A stretch of 64,000 nucleotides of DNA. Source: Candidatus Hadarchaeota archaeon. GTDB taxonomy: Archaea; CAYQAE01; CAYVLA01. The notes beneath the pieces were generated by a model. It saw only the letters and a program-made list of their open reading frames with translations. It searched no databases and was not told the origin of the DNA. Of the stretch, positions 1 to 9,510 are shown in pieces; the stretch's first letter is position 1; each line of letters opens with the position of its first letter. The stretch spans positions 16,516-80,515 of the forward strand of contig CAZUNO010000012.1 in NCBI GenBank assembly GCA_964621445.1, written 5' to 3'. The position numbers and the translations under genes are program-made.

Positions 1-510
1 CATTTCAATAAAGTAATGGGAAACGTGCCTTATTCCATATCCTCTCCCTTGATTTTTCGTCTGCTGGAGCATGACTTTGAACTTGGAGTTCTTGCCTTCC
101 AATATGAATTTGCCCTCCGTCTGTGTGCTAGGCCTGGATCCTCGGATTACTCGAGAATATCGGCCATGCTCGGTCTAATGACAACAAAGGTCAAGTTGGC
201 CCTCAAGATTCCAAGGAAAGCATTCTACCCGGTGCCAAATGTGGATTCCGCGGCTGTTCTTCTTTATCCTGACCCGGATGCAGATCCCCCTGACGAAACC
301 TGCAGAGAGATAATCAGGATGTTGTTCTGCCATAAAAAGAAAAAGGTAAAAAATGCGATCGAGGATTCGGAGAGGGACTTAAGGAAGACCTTCGGCATCG
401 CACCGGATATGGTTTTGAATGCCCTGGAAGTCGATTTGGAGGGGCGGGTCTTTCGTATGGGTCCCGAGGAGCTCAGGTCCGCGTGTCGTTCACTGGAAGA
501 GATCCTCTAA
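1..510 (+). CDS. rsmA: 16S rRNA adenine dimethyltransferase (KsgA/Dim1), 5'-partial
   Basis: Frame open from base 1; GNVPYSISS, QYEFALRL, FYPVPNVDSA motifs. Confidence 0.9.
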   Translation, partial: HFNKVMGNVPYSISSPLIFRLLEHDFELGVLAFQYEFALRLCARPGSSDYSRISAMLGLMTTKVKLALKIPRKAFYPVPNVDSAAVLLYPDPDADPPDETCREIIRMLFCHKKKKVKNAIEDSERDLRKTFGIAPDMVLNALEVDLEGRVFRMGPEELRSACRSLEEIL

Positions 511-731
511 GGGGGTTTCATCCAATGGAGACCGAATGCGTTCCACAATTTTTCCTAGCATCTAACGTATAATTTAGTGAGCTGGATCTCGAGATGTGGG
601 AGAGTAGATCGTCGGATATCGGGAAATGACCCGATTTCAACTTCCCCTCCATTTTCATTAACAGGGTCATGACTCGATGAAAGAATATAATATGAGGCTT
701 GACAGCTAGAAAGTGAGTGGTCGTGAGCTCC

Positions 732-2228
732 ATGGAAGGAGAACGAGATATCCTTAGAAGAGGTAGATTTGATGGGGAACAGAATCGCTCTGCCCTGCAG
801 TTCCTGTCCTCCAAAGAGCAAGACCGCAACATACTGGAAGCCGATATCTGGGTAGACAAAGCTCACACACTCATGCTTCACAGAAAAGGCATAATTGGAT
901 CCGAGGAAGCTGGGCCAATTCTTAGGGCTTTATCAAAAATCGAAAGCGAGCCCTGGAAGGACCTTTCCAAGGGAGAATATGAAGATGTACATGTTCTTCT
1001 GGAAAGCAGGATCATAGATATAGTTGGGGAAGAAGCGGGTGGGAGACTTCACACGGCCAGGTCCAGGAATGATGAGGTGGCTACCTGTATCAGAATCGCC
1101 CTCCGATGGCGTATCCTGGAAACCATGGATCTCCTGCTCAAATTGGTGGAAAAGTTCGTGGACATCTCAGAAAAGCACCTGGAAACGGTGATGCCTGGCT
1201 ATACCCATCTTCAACATGCACAACCGACCACCCTGGCCCATCATATTCTATCGCACGCCTTTGCCCTCCAACGTGACATCACTCGGCTAATTTCATGCTA
1301 TGAACGGCTGAATCTCAGTCCGCTGGGATCAGGGGCCATGGCCTGCACAACCTATGATATAGATCCTGTTTTTTCAGCTGAACTAATGGCGTTTGATGGA
1401 GTTATTGAGAACTCGATGGACGCGGTTTCCTCGAGGGATCACATATTGGAGGTCCTCTCATGCCTATCGATTCTCGGCGTAAACCTCAGCCGGCTTCTTG
1501 AGGAAATAATTCTGTGGAGTTCAACTGAATTTGGATTTGTAAAGCTGGCTGACGAGTACTCATCGACCAGTTCCATAATGCCTCAGAAGAGAAATCCGGA
1601 CCTGGCTGAACTTTCGAGGGCCCGGATTTCAACCTTGATGGGATCTCTATTCTCATCTCTGACCATCTGCAAGGCCTTGCCACAATCCTATAATCGTGAC
1701 CTTCAGGAAGTAAACGCTCATCTCTGGTCCGCCACTGATATAGTAAAAGGAATATTATCGCTTACATCCGGGCTGTTTTCAACCCTTACAATCGATGAAC
1801 GGGCCCTCCAAGAAGCTGCTGGTAAGGGCTTTCCCTGGGCAACGGACTTAGCCGACTTCATCGTTCAAAATTTTGATATTCCATTTAGAACTGCGCACAC
1901 GCTGGTGGCCACGCTAACCAAGGAACTAAATGATCAGGCGGGTCCCTCCGAAATCCGCCGGCAATTGGTGAATTCTTCCTCTAAAATCCTGGGCAAGGAA
2001 ATAAAACCAGGGAACCAAGAACTACAGGAAATTCTGGACCCCGATACCTCCATACGTCGCAAACGAGGAAATGGTCCCTCCCCGAAATCAACTGGAGTAA
2101 TGATAGAGGAAATTAGAAAAAGCCAGAAATCAAACCTGGAATGGCTCGAGAAGAGGGAGCTGGCCATAAACCAGGCAAAGGAAAGAGTATCATCTTTACA
2201 GGAAAGACTTGAATCAGAGGAGGCTTAG
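732..2228 (+). CDS. argH: argininosuccinate lyase
   Basis: LHTARSRNDEV, MPGYTHLQHAQP, SSIMPQKRNPD signature; ATG 732 preferred over GTG 717. Confidence 0.95.
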   Translation: MEGERDILRRGRFDGEQNRSALQFLSSKEQDRNILEADIWVDKAHTLMLHRKGIIGSEEAGPILRALSKIESEPWKDLSKGEYEDVHVLLESRIIDIVGEEAGGRLHTARSRNDEVATCIRIALRWRILETMDLLLKLVEKFVDISEKHLETVMPGYTHLQHAQPTTLAHHILSHAFALQRDITRLISCYERLNLSPLGSGAMACTTYDIDPVFSAELMAFDGVIENSMDAVSSRDHILEVLSCLSILGVNLSRLLEEIILWSSTEFGFVKLADEYSSTSSIMPQKRNPDLAELSRARISTLMGSLFSSLTICKALPQSYNRDLQEVNAHLWSATDIVKGILSLTSGLFSTLTIDERALQEAAGKGFPWATDLADFIVQNFDIPFRTAHTLVATLTKELNDQAGPSEIRRQLVNSSSKILGKEIKPGNQELQEILDPDTSIRRKRGNGPSPKSTGVMIEEIRKSQKSNLEWLEKRELAINQAKERVSSLQERLESEEA

Positions 2229-3095
2229 GTGCTGTCGGTGAATATCGGACCAGGGGAAGGTAAATCCGAAAGGGCAGATAAGTACATATCCATGGCCGAG
2301 AGCCTACTTTCCCAGTCCATCACCCTCATAGATGATGAAATAGCAGATAAAGCCGGGCGATATATCGATGATGCCAGATATTTCCTCGAAGATGGGGATA
2401 CTGACACTGCATTAGCTGCGGCAAGCTATTCATATGGACTCCTGAATGGGGCGATCTCCCAGAATCGAAATGGGATGAAATCCCTAGGAAAGACCGTTTT
2501 GGGCAATATATACTCAAATCAAATCTCTCGCGATCAGGATATCTCCAGCCCCTGCGGGATGGAAGCCATCGAGCCGCAACTGGAGCTTAGGGTCATCCAC
2601 CAACTTCAAGAGGAGGGCCTGCTAACTAAGGATTCCGAGCCGCTCCTGACCAAAGAGGGAAGATCCGAGATCAGAGTGGGGTTAGCAGGCGGAGTTTTTG
2701 ACCTTATCCATCCCGGACATATGGCCTTTCTGGAATGGTGCAAGGACCAGGTTGATGTCCTTATTGTGGTTGTAGCCCGTGGTCCCTCCTCGGAAGATCG
2801 GAAAGGAAGAATACCCGTACAACCAAACCATGATAGGCTCAATGTGGTCAGCCAGCTGAAACCGGTGGATTGTGCATGTCTCGGTAACAAAAATAATTTG
2901 TTCGAACCAGTTTCCAGAATACGCCCTGAAGTTATTTTTTTGGGCAGGGACCAGGACCTGGACGCGGATTTTCTCAGGAAAGAGCTGGATGAGAGGAACT
3001 TGAAAACCAGAATTGTGAGGAGTGAGATCTGGGATTCGGGTGAGCTATCCAAGACCACCAGAATAATAGGGGAAATAAGAAGGCGACTTTCATGA
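2229..3095 (+). CDS. ribL: FAD synthase (RibL) with N-terminal DUF357-like domain
   Basis: C-terminal GGVFDLIHPGH cytidylyltransferase fold, IFLGRDQ; N-terminal RYIDDARYFLEDGD..ALAAASYSYGLL resembles DUF357; adjacent to ribK. Confidence 0.8.
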   Translation: MLSVNIGPGEGKSERADKYISMAESLLSQSITLIDDEIADKAGRYIDDARYFLEDGDTDTALAAASYSYGLLNGAISQNRNGMKSLGKTVLGNIYSNQISRDQDISSPCGMEAIEPQLELRVIHQLQEEGLLTKDSEPLLTKEGRSEIRVGLAGGVFDLIHPGHMAFLEWCKDQVDVLIVVVARGPSSEDRKGRIPVQPNHDRLNVVSQLKPVDCACLGNKNNLFEPVSRIRPEVIFLGRDQDLDADFLRKELDERNLKTRIVRSEIWDSGELSKTTRIIGEIRRRLS

Positions 3096-3737
3096 AAGCG
3101 GAAGGAGGGTCAACCTTACCATATCCCCATCATCGAGATCCAGCGTTTCCCGAAGATTTTGCGGTGATATGACCTCCAGTACATCCCGTGGGTAATGGGT
3201 CCTCTCCGGGAGGAAGATCGCTCCTCTAACCCCGCTTTCAATATCTACGGGATAACACCTGCCACCTCCGAAGGACCGGTCGCCGGTCTGGAATTTTTCG
3301 ATGGAAACAGCATCCCTGGAAGATAGGTCCTCGACCACGGAGGGGGAAACCCGTAGGTTTAAGGTCCCCGGAAAGGGATCGAATCCCAGTTTTTCCCTAA
3401 ATTGACTCCGGTATCCCTCCCTGCTAATGTAATATCTCCCCTCACCAACCCCGGTAAAAACCCTCCCCTCGATGACCCGGCCCTCGAATATCCGGGAGAG
3501 CAAATGGCATGTCTCGATAAGTCGGCTCATTCCCTTAGGCGTGATCCTCACCTCCTTCCCCTTTCCCTCCATCCGTCTTTCTATGAGACCCCGGTCTTCC
3601 ATGAAACCCATGAGCCTACTTGCCGTCTGCTGAGATTTGCCTATTGCCTCCCCCATCTCGGTGGTTGACACTTTGATGAAGCGTTTATCGCACCCCCGAG
3701 CCGCGAGTTCCATCAAACAGGAAAGTTCTTCTCCCAT
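3090..3737 (-). CDS. ribK: CTP-dependent riboflavin kinase with N-terminal winged HTH (RbkR type)
   Basis: SQQTASR HTH; GVGEGRYYIS, FDPFPGTLN, PERTHYP..LEVIS; likely start ATG 3737. Confidence 0.92.
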   Translation of the reverse strand: MGEELSCLMELAARGCDKRFIKVSTTEMGEAIGKSQQTASRLMGFMEDRGLIERRMEGKGKEVRITPKGMSRLIETCHLLSRIFEGRVIEGRVFTGVGEGRYYISREGYRSQFREKLGFDPFPGTLNLRVSPSVVEDLSSRDAVSIEKFQTGDRSFGGGRCYPVDIESGVRGAIFLPERTHYPRDVLEVISPQNLRETLDLDDGDMVRLTLLPLS

Positions 3738-3739
3738 TT

Positions 3740-4603
3740 TTACTGCCCACTGATCATTGTACCAATCCCCTCGTCGGTGAGTAGTTCCAGTACCAATGAG
3801 TGAGGGATATTGCCATTCAGGATATGACCCCGTCCAACTCCATTCTCTATGGCTTGAACACATGATTCCAGCTTGGGAACCATGCCACCGGATATCCTCT
3901 TCTCCTCAATCAACTGCTTTGCCCGGTCCTTGGAAAGTTCGGAAATCACGGTGGAGCTATCCTCTGGGTCCTCCATTACTCCCCTAACATCCGTCAGTAT
4001 AACGTATTTTTCGGCGCCAAGAGCTCCAGCCAATTCTCCCGCCAGGGTATCCGCGTTGATATTAAGGCTGTTCCCCAATGAATCCATACCCACCGGCGCT
4101 ATAACCGGGATGAATCCGGCATCCGATAACCTGTCAATTATCTCGGTGTCCAGGCTCTCCACAATACCGACTCTGCCGAGCTTAGGATCCTTCAGTTTTG
4201 CCCTTATAAGTCCCCCATCCTTTCCGGAGAGGCCCACGGACTTGCCACCCTGCCCTGCCAGTGCACATACGATGGCCTTATTGACCTTGCCCACCAACAC
4301 CATCTCAACCACTTCCATGGTGTTCTCGTCGGTGACTCGTAAACCATTAACGAAACTCGGTTTCATGGATAACTTCTCCATGAAGTCTGAGATCTCAGAG
4401 CCGCCTCCATGGACTATAACCGGCTCCATGCCTACCAGTCTCATTAAAACGATATCCTTGGCCACGTTTTCTAGACTATTCGGATCGGAACTAACATTTC
4501 CGCCGAATTTGACCAATATAATCCTGCCATAAAGCTTCTTTATGTAGGGCAAGGCCTCGATAATGGTCCTGGAGACCTCGTTTCTGGGCAGCTTCTTTGG
4601 CAT
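3740..4603 (-). CDS. argB: acetylglutamate kinase
   Basis: EALPYI, VKFGGN, VHGGG, GLRVTD, NINADT, GGMVPKL. Confidence 0.95.
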   Translation of the reverse strand: MPKKLPRNEVSRTIIEALPYIKKLYGRIILVKFGGNVSSDPNSLENVAKDIVLMRLVGMEPVIVHGGGSEISDFMEKLSMKPSFVNGLRVTDENTMEVVEMVLVGKVNKAIVCALAGQGGKSVGLSGKDGGLIRAKLKDPKLGRVGIVESLDTEIIDRLSDAGFIPVIAPVGMDSLGNSLNINADTLAGELAGALGAEKYVILTDVRGVMEDPEDSSTVISELSKDRAKQLIEEKRISGGMVPKLESCVQAIENGVGRGHILNGNIPHSLVLELLTDEGIGTMISGQ

Positions 4604-4672
4604 TTTCACCAAACCATCCGGGCTTAGGTCGTAGAATTAGATATATATCTTGTCCGCTGACCGGACTCTAGG

Positions 4673-5128
4673 ATGAGAATTAGGATAGCCGGTATCGCGA
4701 TATCCTGCGCTCACTTTATCGAGATTGATGGAGAATTTGAATCTCTACACGGACATAACCTCCTGATATCCAGTGAGGTTTCCGGTAATCAGGAAAAGGG
4801 CATGGTGATGGATTTCCGCGAACTGAAATCAAAGCTCAAAGAGGAAGTTGACGCCCTTGACCATAAGGTTATCATTCCCGTGGAAAATCCCCATCTGCTA
4901 GTAGAGAGATCAGGAGACTACATGGAGATCAAGACCCCTCAAAAGCGTTATAAGCTACCCTGCAGTGATGTGGCCCTCCTTCCCGCCAGGAACTCAACCG
5001 TGGAACAGATAGGCCAGCACATATTCAGACAGCTTGAAGGGAAACTGCCGGACGGCATATCTCTCTACGAGGTGACCATCAGCGAAAGCGAGGGGGAGGA
5101 GGCCGTAATTAATCGGATTCCGGACTAG
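4673..5128 (+). CDS. COG0720 6-pyruvoyl-tetrahydropterin synthase family protein; E-x2-HGH motif (PTPS-III-like) rather than QueD
   Basis: SCAH, FESLHGHN, GMVMDF, LDHK, STVE. Confidence 0.85.
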   Translation: MRIRIAGIAISCAHFIEIDGEFESLHGHNLLISSEVSGNQEKGMVMDFRELKSKLKEEVDALDHKVIIPVENPHLLVERSGDYMEIKTPQKRYKLPCSDVALLPARNSTVEQIGQHIFRQLEGKLPDGISLYEVTISESEGEEAVINRIPD

Positions 5129-5972
5129 CTTTCTCGGCCCACTCCTTTCCATAAACGGTAAGGGTTATCTCCTTTTGTCTCCCCGTATATGATGTTTTAA
5201 CGAATCCACAGCGCTCCAGGGTAGCGATCTGTTTGGCGGCCATGACCCTGTCAGTTGGCGTTGGTTTTCTACCCAACATCTCCACTAACAGCTTGGTAAT
5301 GGACGGTGCCTTGCCCCCCATATTGTCCACGGCTTCAAGGTATTCAGGTTCTACCTCTTCCTGTTCAATCCTAATGGGTAGTGGTGGGCATTTGAGTACC
5401 TTTCTAACCCCTCGGGACATCTGCGGTATCTCGAACTCGTCCAAACCCTCCTCAATAATCGAGTCCACGGTATCTAGGTTAGATTCCTCGCCGGTCTCCC
5501 TGTATCTCTTGAGGTGTTTCTTTATGCTCTCTAGGCGCTTTCTGGAGTCTTCGGGAGTAAAATAGGATCTGGGGCTAACGTAGTAGATGCTGGCGTTTTC
5601 CTCAAGGGCGGCTAGGAATAGCGCGCACGAGACGATACGGGTACCCGACGATATGTTGACCAGAAAATCCGCTTCTGGTCCCAGCCTGGAGATTATGGCC
5701 CTAAAATCAAGGTACGCATCCAACAGGTCGAAGAAATTAACCTTAAAGGTGGTTATGTCGATCATGTCCTCATCAATGGGAATGATCGGGTCCTCAACCA
5801 GTCTCTTCTTAAGATCATTTAGTATCTTCTCAACCGTGATCTCAACGCTGGACATTTCCGACGATTTTTTCTTATTCCTAATCACGAAAACCTTATCCGG
5901 CTGCAAATGAGTTATCGAACCAATTATTCTATCCCTTTCGAGACCCTGTGGTACTAGAAGATACCTTGGCAA
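5109..5972 (-). CDS. CARF-like (DUF6293/Csa3-like) domain plus C-terminal winged-HTH regulator
   Basis: Rossmann start YLLVPQGLERDRI, VNISSGTRIVSCALFLAA, YYVSP; wHTH end LERCGFV..GRQKEITLTVYG. Confidence 0.7.
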   Translation of the reverse strand: MPRYLLVPQGLERDRIIGSITHLQPDKVFVIRNKKKSSEMSSVEITVEKILNDLKKRLVEDPIIPIDEDMIDITTFKVNFFDLLDAYLDFRAIISRLGPEADFLVNISSGTRIVSCALFLAALEENASIYYVSPRSYFTPEDSRKRLESIKKHLKRYRETGEESNLDTVDSIIEEGLDEFEIPQMSRGVRKVLKCPPLPIRIEQEEVEPEYLEAVDNMGGKAPSITKLLVEMLGRKPTPTDRVMAAKQIATLERCGFVKTSYTGRQKEITLTVYGKEWAEKASPESD

Positions 5973-6140
5973 AACCTACACCGACTCCAAAAGCGTAACG
6001 AGGATTAAAAAACTTAATGTATAATATTTCTTTATAATTTTGTTTCTCGTAACGAAAAAAGCTTTTGTTTAATCGTTATACATCCAAAACGTTTATATTA
6101 TCTGATATTAACACGAACACGTTTCGTTTACACTAAGTGA
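5973..6140. promoter_or_regulatory. AT-rich divergent promoter region with repeated CGTAACGA candidate operator
   Basis: CGTAACGA at 5994-6001 and 6048-6055; the second lies in the imperfect palindrome TTTCTCGTAACGAAAAA (6043-6059); several TATA-like boxes. Confidence 0.5.
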
Positions 6141-6145
6141 ATACA

Positions 6146-6793
6146 ATGTCAATAATTGGAGCCGATGAAGTCGGTTCGGGCGATACCTTCTGCGGAGTAG
6201 TGGTTTCCGCCATCTGCATAAACGAACATCAACGGAGCTTACTTAAGAAGAAAAGGATAAGGGATTGCAAGAGAATTAGCGATAATAGAATTGGGGAATA
6301 CGTTGCCCTTCTCTCTCAGGTCGGGGCCAGACATAGCACAATTGCAATTACACCGGATGAGATAAATGACCTTACATCCAGACTTGGAAGCCATGTCGAG
6401 ATACATAACAGTATCTATTCCAAGGCCATCGCTAATCTGATAGAAAAGGTTGGAAATCCAGACAGGATTATTATCGATAGATATCCAGGGGCAGATATCA
6501 AGGTCGACCATCAAGAGGTAGATATGATTCCTAGGGCTGATGAGGAATTCTTGTCGGTGGCCGCCGCCAGCATAATGGCCCGGTCTGCGTACCTCGGCAT
6601 GAAGAAATCGCTTCAGAGAGAACTGGGAATGGAGATACCTCTCGGGAGCTCCAATACCAAACAGGTGTTGAGGACCCTCATAAACCGCCGAATTGACATA
6701 TCCAGATATGCCAAGCTTTATCCCAACAACGTTCAGGCCGTTCTCAGGGAGGCGGGATCACCAGGGAGTCCCGCCGCATTTGATTTTACTTAG
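6146..6793 (+). CDS. type 2 ribonuclease H, RNase HIII-like catalytic domain lacking the TBP-like N-domain
   Basis: IGADEVGSGDTF, IRDCKRISD, IIIDRY, SVAAASIMAR, IPLGS, YAKL. Confidence 0.8.
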   Translation: MSIIGADEVGSGDTFCGVVVSAICINEHQRSLLKKKRIRDCKRISDNRIGEYVALLSQVGARHSTIAITPDEINDLTSRLGSHVEIHNSIYSKAIANLIEKVGNPDRIIIDRYPGADIKVDHQEVDMIPRADEEFLSVAAASIMARSAYLGMKKSLQRELGMEIPLGSSNTKQVLRTLINRRIDISRYAKLYPNNVQAVLREAGSPGSPAAFDFT

Positions 6794-6854
6794 AGGACAA
6801 ATAATAAGTCTAGTTAATACATACATTTTTGAATAATCAGTATTAATAATACCC

Positions 6855-8363
6855 GTGCCTGGCCAAATCAAAACCATCGAGCAAATAAATGAAAAGATCC
6901 GTAACCGGGAAGTAGTTGTGGTTAGTGCCGAGGACATGCCGGGTATCGTCGACGAAAAAGGCGCCGAGGAAGCGGCCAGGGAGGTAGATGTGGTAACCAC
7001 CGGTACCTTTGGGGCCATGTGCTCGTCGGGTGCCTGGCTAAATTTTGGTCACTCGGACCCTCCCATAAAAATGAAAAATGTCTTCCTCAACGATGTTCAG
7101 GCATATTCTGGGGTAGCAGCTGTAGATGCATACCTGGGAGCCGCCCAGATGAGCAGGAAGGAGGGTTTTAACTACGGGGGAGGCCACGTGCTCGAGGACC
7201 TGGTAAAAGGGCAGGATGTAACTTTGGAGGCCGATGCATATGGAACCGACTGCTATCCCCGGAAGCAGTTGGAGATAGATATTGGCCTCGAAGACCTCAA
7301 TCAGGCCATCATGATTAATCCCAGAAATGGCTACCAGAAGTATAATGCTGCAACCAATAGCCGGGAGGAAACGATTTACACCTACATGGGAGCACTTCTA
7401 CCCGGGATGCGCAACGTTACCTTCTCCGGTTCCGGGACCCTGAACCCTCTTTCCAATGATCCTCATTATAGAACAATCGGGATGGGAACTCGAATTTTCC
7501 TGGGTGGTGTCTCTGGATACGTTATAGGTCAAGGTACCCAGCACTCCCCCCGGAATGGCTTCGGTACCCTGATGGTAAAGGGGAACCTCAAGGAAATGTC
7601 TTCCAAATTCATCCGAGGAGCTACATTCCAACGATATGGAACCACCCTCTACATAGGTATAGGGATTCCAATTCCCATTCTGGACCCGGAAATGGCCAGA
7701 TTTACCGCGATAAGAGATGAGGACATATACACCCATGTGATGGACTATGGAACTCCAAGACGCGATAGACCAAAGGTAACCCAGGTAACCTACGCACAGC
7801 TTAGATCTGGTCAAATAGAGATCGACGGGAGGGAGGTACCTGTCTCTCCGCTTTCAAGCTACAAGATGGCCAGGGAGATCGCCCTATTACTTAAGAAATG
7901 GTTAGAGAAGGGCGAATTCACCCTCACAGCGCCGGTGGAGAATCTCCCCATGTCAACCGAGTTTAATCCTATGAAAGCGGAATCAGCCATTCCCTTCGTG
8001 GAGGATGTTTCCTCAAAAGAGGTAGTAACCATTTCTCCGAAAGCGAGCATAAAGGAGGCTTCCAAAAAGCTGACCGATAGGTCAGCGGATACCCTCATAG
8101 TTCAGGGCGAGGATGGGATCCTCAAAGGGATCCTGACCACCTGGGATATAGCAAAGGCCCTTTCCGTGGGAGCGAGCACGGCTGGGGAGGTTATGACCAC
8201 AAAGGTAATCGCCGCGCATAAGGGGGAACCAATAGATCTTGCGGCTCGAAAGTTGGAGAAGCATGGAATTAGTGCTCTACCTATCGTGGACGCCGATAGA
8301 AAGGTAGTGGGCATGATCTCCGAGGAGGATATAGCCAGGTTTGTAGGGAGGCGAAAATGGTGA
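6855..8363 (+). CDS. L-aspartate semialdehyde sulfurtransferase (DUF39 + CBS; homocysteine biosynthesis, MA1821-like)
   Basis: KTIEQINEKI, VDVVTTGTFGAMCSSGA, YGTDCYPR; C-terminal CBS pair. Confidence 0.92.
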   Translation: MPGQIKTIEQINEKIRNREVVVVSAEDMPGIVDEKGAEEAAREVDVVTTGTFGAMCSSGAWLNFGHSDPPIKMKNVFLNDVQAYSGVAAVDAYLGAAQMSRKEGFNYGGGHVLEDLVKGQDVTLEADAYGTDCYPRKQLEIDIGLEDLNQAIMINPRNGYQKYNAATNSREETIYTYMGALLPGMRNVTFSGSGTLNPLSNDPHYRTIGMGTRIFLGGVSGYVIGQGTQHSPRNGFGTLMVKGNLKEMSSKFIRGATFQRYGTTLYIGIGIPIPILDPEMARFTAIRDEDIYTHVMDYGTPRRDRPKVTQVTYAQLRSGQIEIDGREVPVSPLSSYKMAREIALLLKKWLEKGEFTLTAPVENLPMSTEFNPMKAESAIPFVEDVSSKEVVTISPKASIKEASKKLTDRSADTLIVQGEDGILKGILTTWDIAKALSVGASTAGEVMTTKVIAAHKGEPIDLAARKLEKHGISALPIVDADRKVVGMISEEDIARFVGRRKW

Positions 8364-8758
8364 CCTACCTCAACCTCGAGTTTCCCAAGGAGATAGTTAC
8401 CCAACCCGTGGTTTCCGATGGAATAAGGAAAACGGGTGTATCAATCAACATTCTCAGGGCTAGGATAGATGAAACCCACGGCGAAATCATAGCCCATGTG
8501 AAGGGAAAGGCCGAGAAGATAAGTCGTTTCGCTGATTACCTCAAGGACCAGGGAGTAATAGTAAAGGAACTCAAGAATAGCGTCTCGGTCCATGTCGATG
8601 GTTGCATCCACTGTGGAGCTTGCATCTCGATGTGTCCGGTCAGCGCGATATCGATAGACGAAGACCACGAGATAGAATTCGACCACCAGAAATGTATCTC
8701 CTGCCAAGTTTGTATTCCGGTCTGCCCGGTAGGTGCAATCAAGCCCCCTCCCATCTAG
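8357..8758 (+). CDS. NIL domain + 2x[4Fe-4S] ferredoxin (MA1822-like partner)
   Basis: INILRARI NIL domain; CIHCGACISMCP and CISCQVCIPVCP. Confidence 0.92.
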   Translation: MVTYLNLEFPKEIVTQPVVSDGIRKTGVSINILRARIDETHGEIIAHVKGKAEKISRFADYLKDQGVIVKELKNSVSVHVDGCIHCGACISMCPVSAISIDEDHEIEFDHQKCISCQVCIPVCPVGAIKPPPI

Positions 8759-9501
8759 GTTGCCCTGGAGTGGAGTCTCGGATCTATAATCAGGTCGGCT
8801 TCCCCGGAATAGCTGACTAAATGAGGAAGGTCTCCCCATATCCCCATCCTGTCACCTTGGAAGATAAGAAAGCCTATCTCTCCTATCTTCTTTGCCAATT
8901 TTACTCCCCTATCGATTCCATCCGACCCCCTAACGGCGTTACATACGGCGGTGGCTCCAGCATCCGCCAATGTTGGGGAATTCGAACTGTAGGCAACTAC
9001 GGCTTCGGCATCTCCAAAGCTAATTGATTCCCCTACCCGGGAAGAACTTGTGCACAGGCCGATGAATTCCGAACTCGATGGGATATCTAGGGCAATCTTC
9101 TGGGAGAAAGGAGACGAACCAGCATGTATCGCCACCTTGAAAGAATGGGACCCGGTAATGCACATGTCGCCCCCATTTTCAACCAACACGCAGTTGGCAC
9201 CCGCACCCATGGCCGCCCGAGCGGCCTCCCAGGATAAAGCCCCCGCAACGGAAGCAAAAGGCCCCACCCCCGTCTTTGCAGCGGCTGAGTACATATTCTC
9301 AATGAAACTTGGGACCTCAAAATCAGGAGGTTCAATGGGTTCCAATGACCAATGAAACTCCGGAATTCGTCCTATATGCTCCTTGAGTTTGGCCCTAGCG
9401 CTCGTGATGGCCTTCTCGACAGGCACTCTAGTTTCCTTCCCATCCGTCTTGACGAGAATACCTGTTTCTCCCTGTACCAGAGTATAGTTCATGAGGCGCA
9501 T
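8755..9501 (-). CDS. UPF0280 / ApbE-like (COG2122) sulfide-assimilation protein
   Basis: GVGPFASVAG, VENGGD, CTSS..GESISFGDA, ADAGATAVCN. Confidence 0.9.
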   Translation of the reverse strand: MRLMNYTLVQGETGILVKTDGKETRVPVEKAITSARAKLKEHIGRIPEFHWSLEPIEPPDFEVPSFIENMYSAAAKTGVGPFASVAGALSWEAARAAMGAGANCVLVENGGDMCITGSHSFKVAIHAGSSPFSQKIALDIPSSSEFIGLCTSSSRVGESISFGDAEAVVAYSSNSPTLADAGATAVCNAVRGSDGIDRGVKLAKKIGEIGFLIFQGDRMGIWGDLPHLVSYSGEADLIIDPRLHSRAT

Positions 9502-9510
9502 TTCGAACGC

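Noticed and set aside
511-716. Short hairpins in the rsmA-argH spacer as a possible ncRNA
   Set aside because: Only 6-7 bp stems and no recognisable RNA family motifs.
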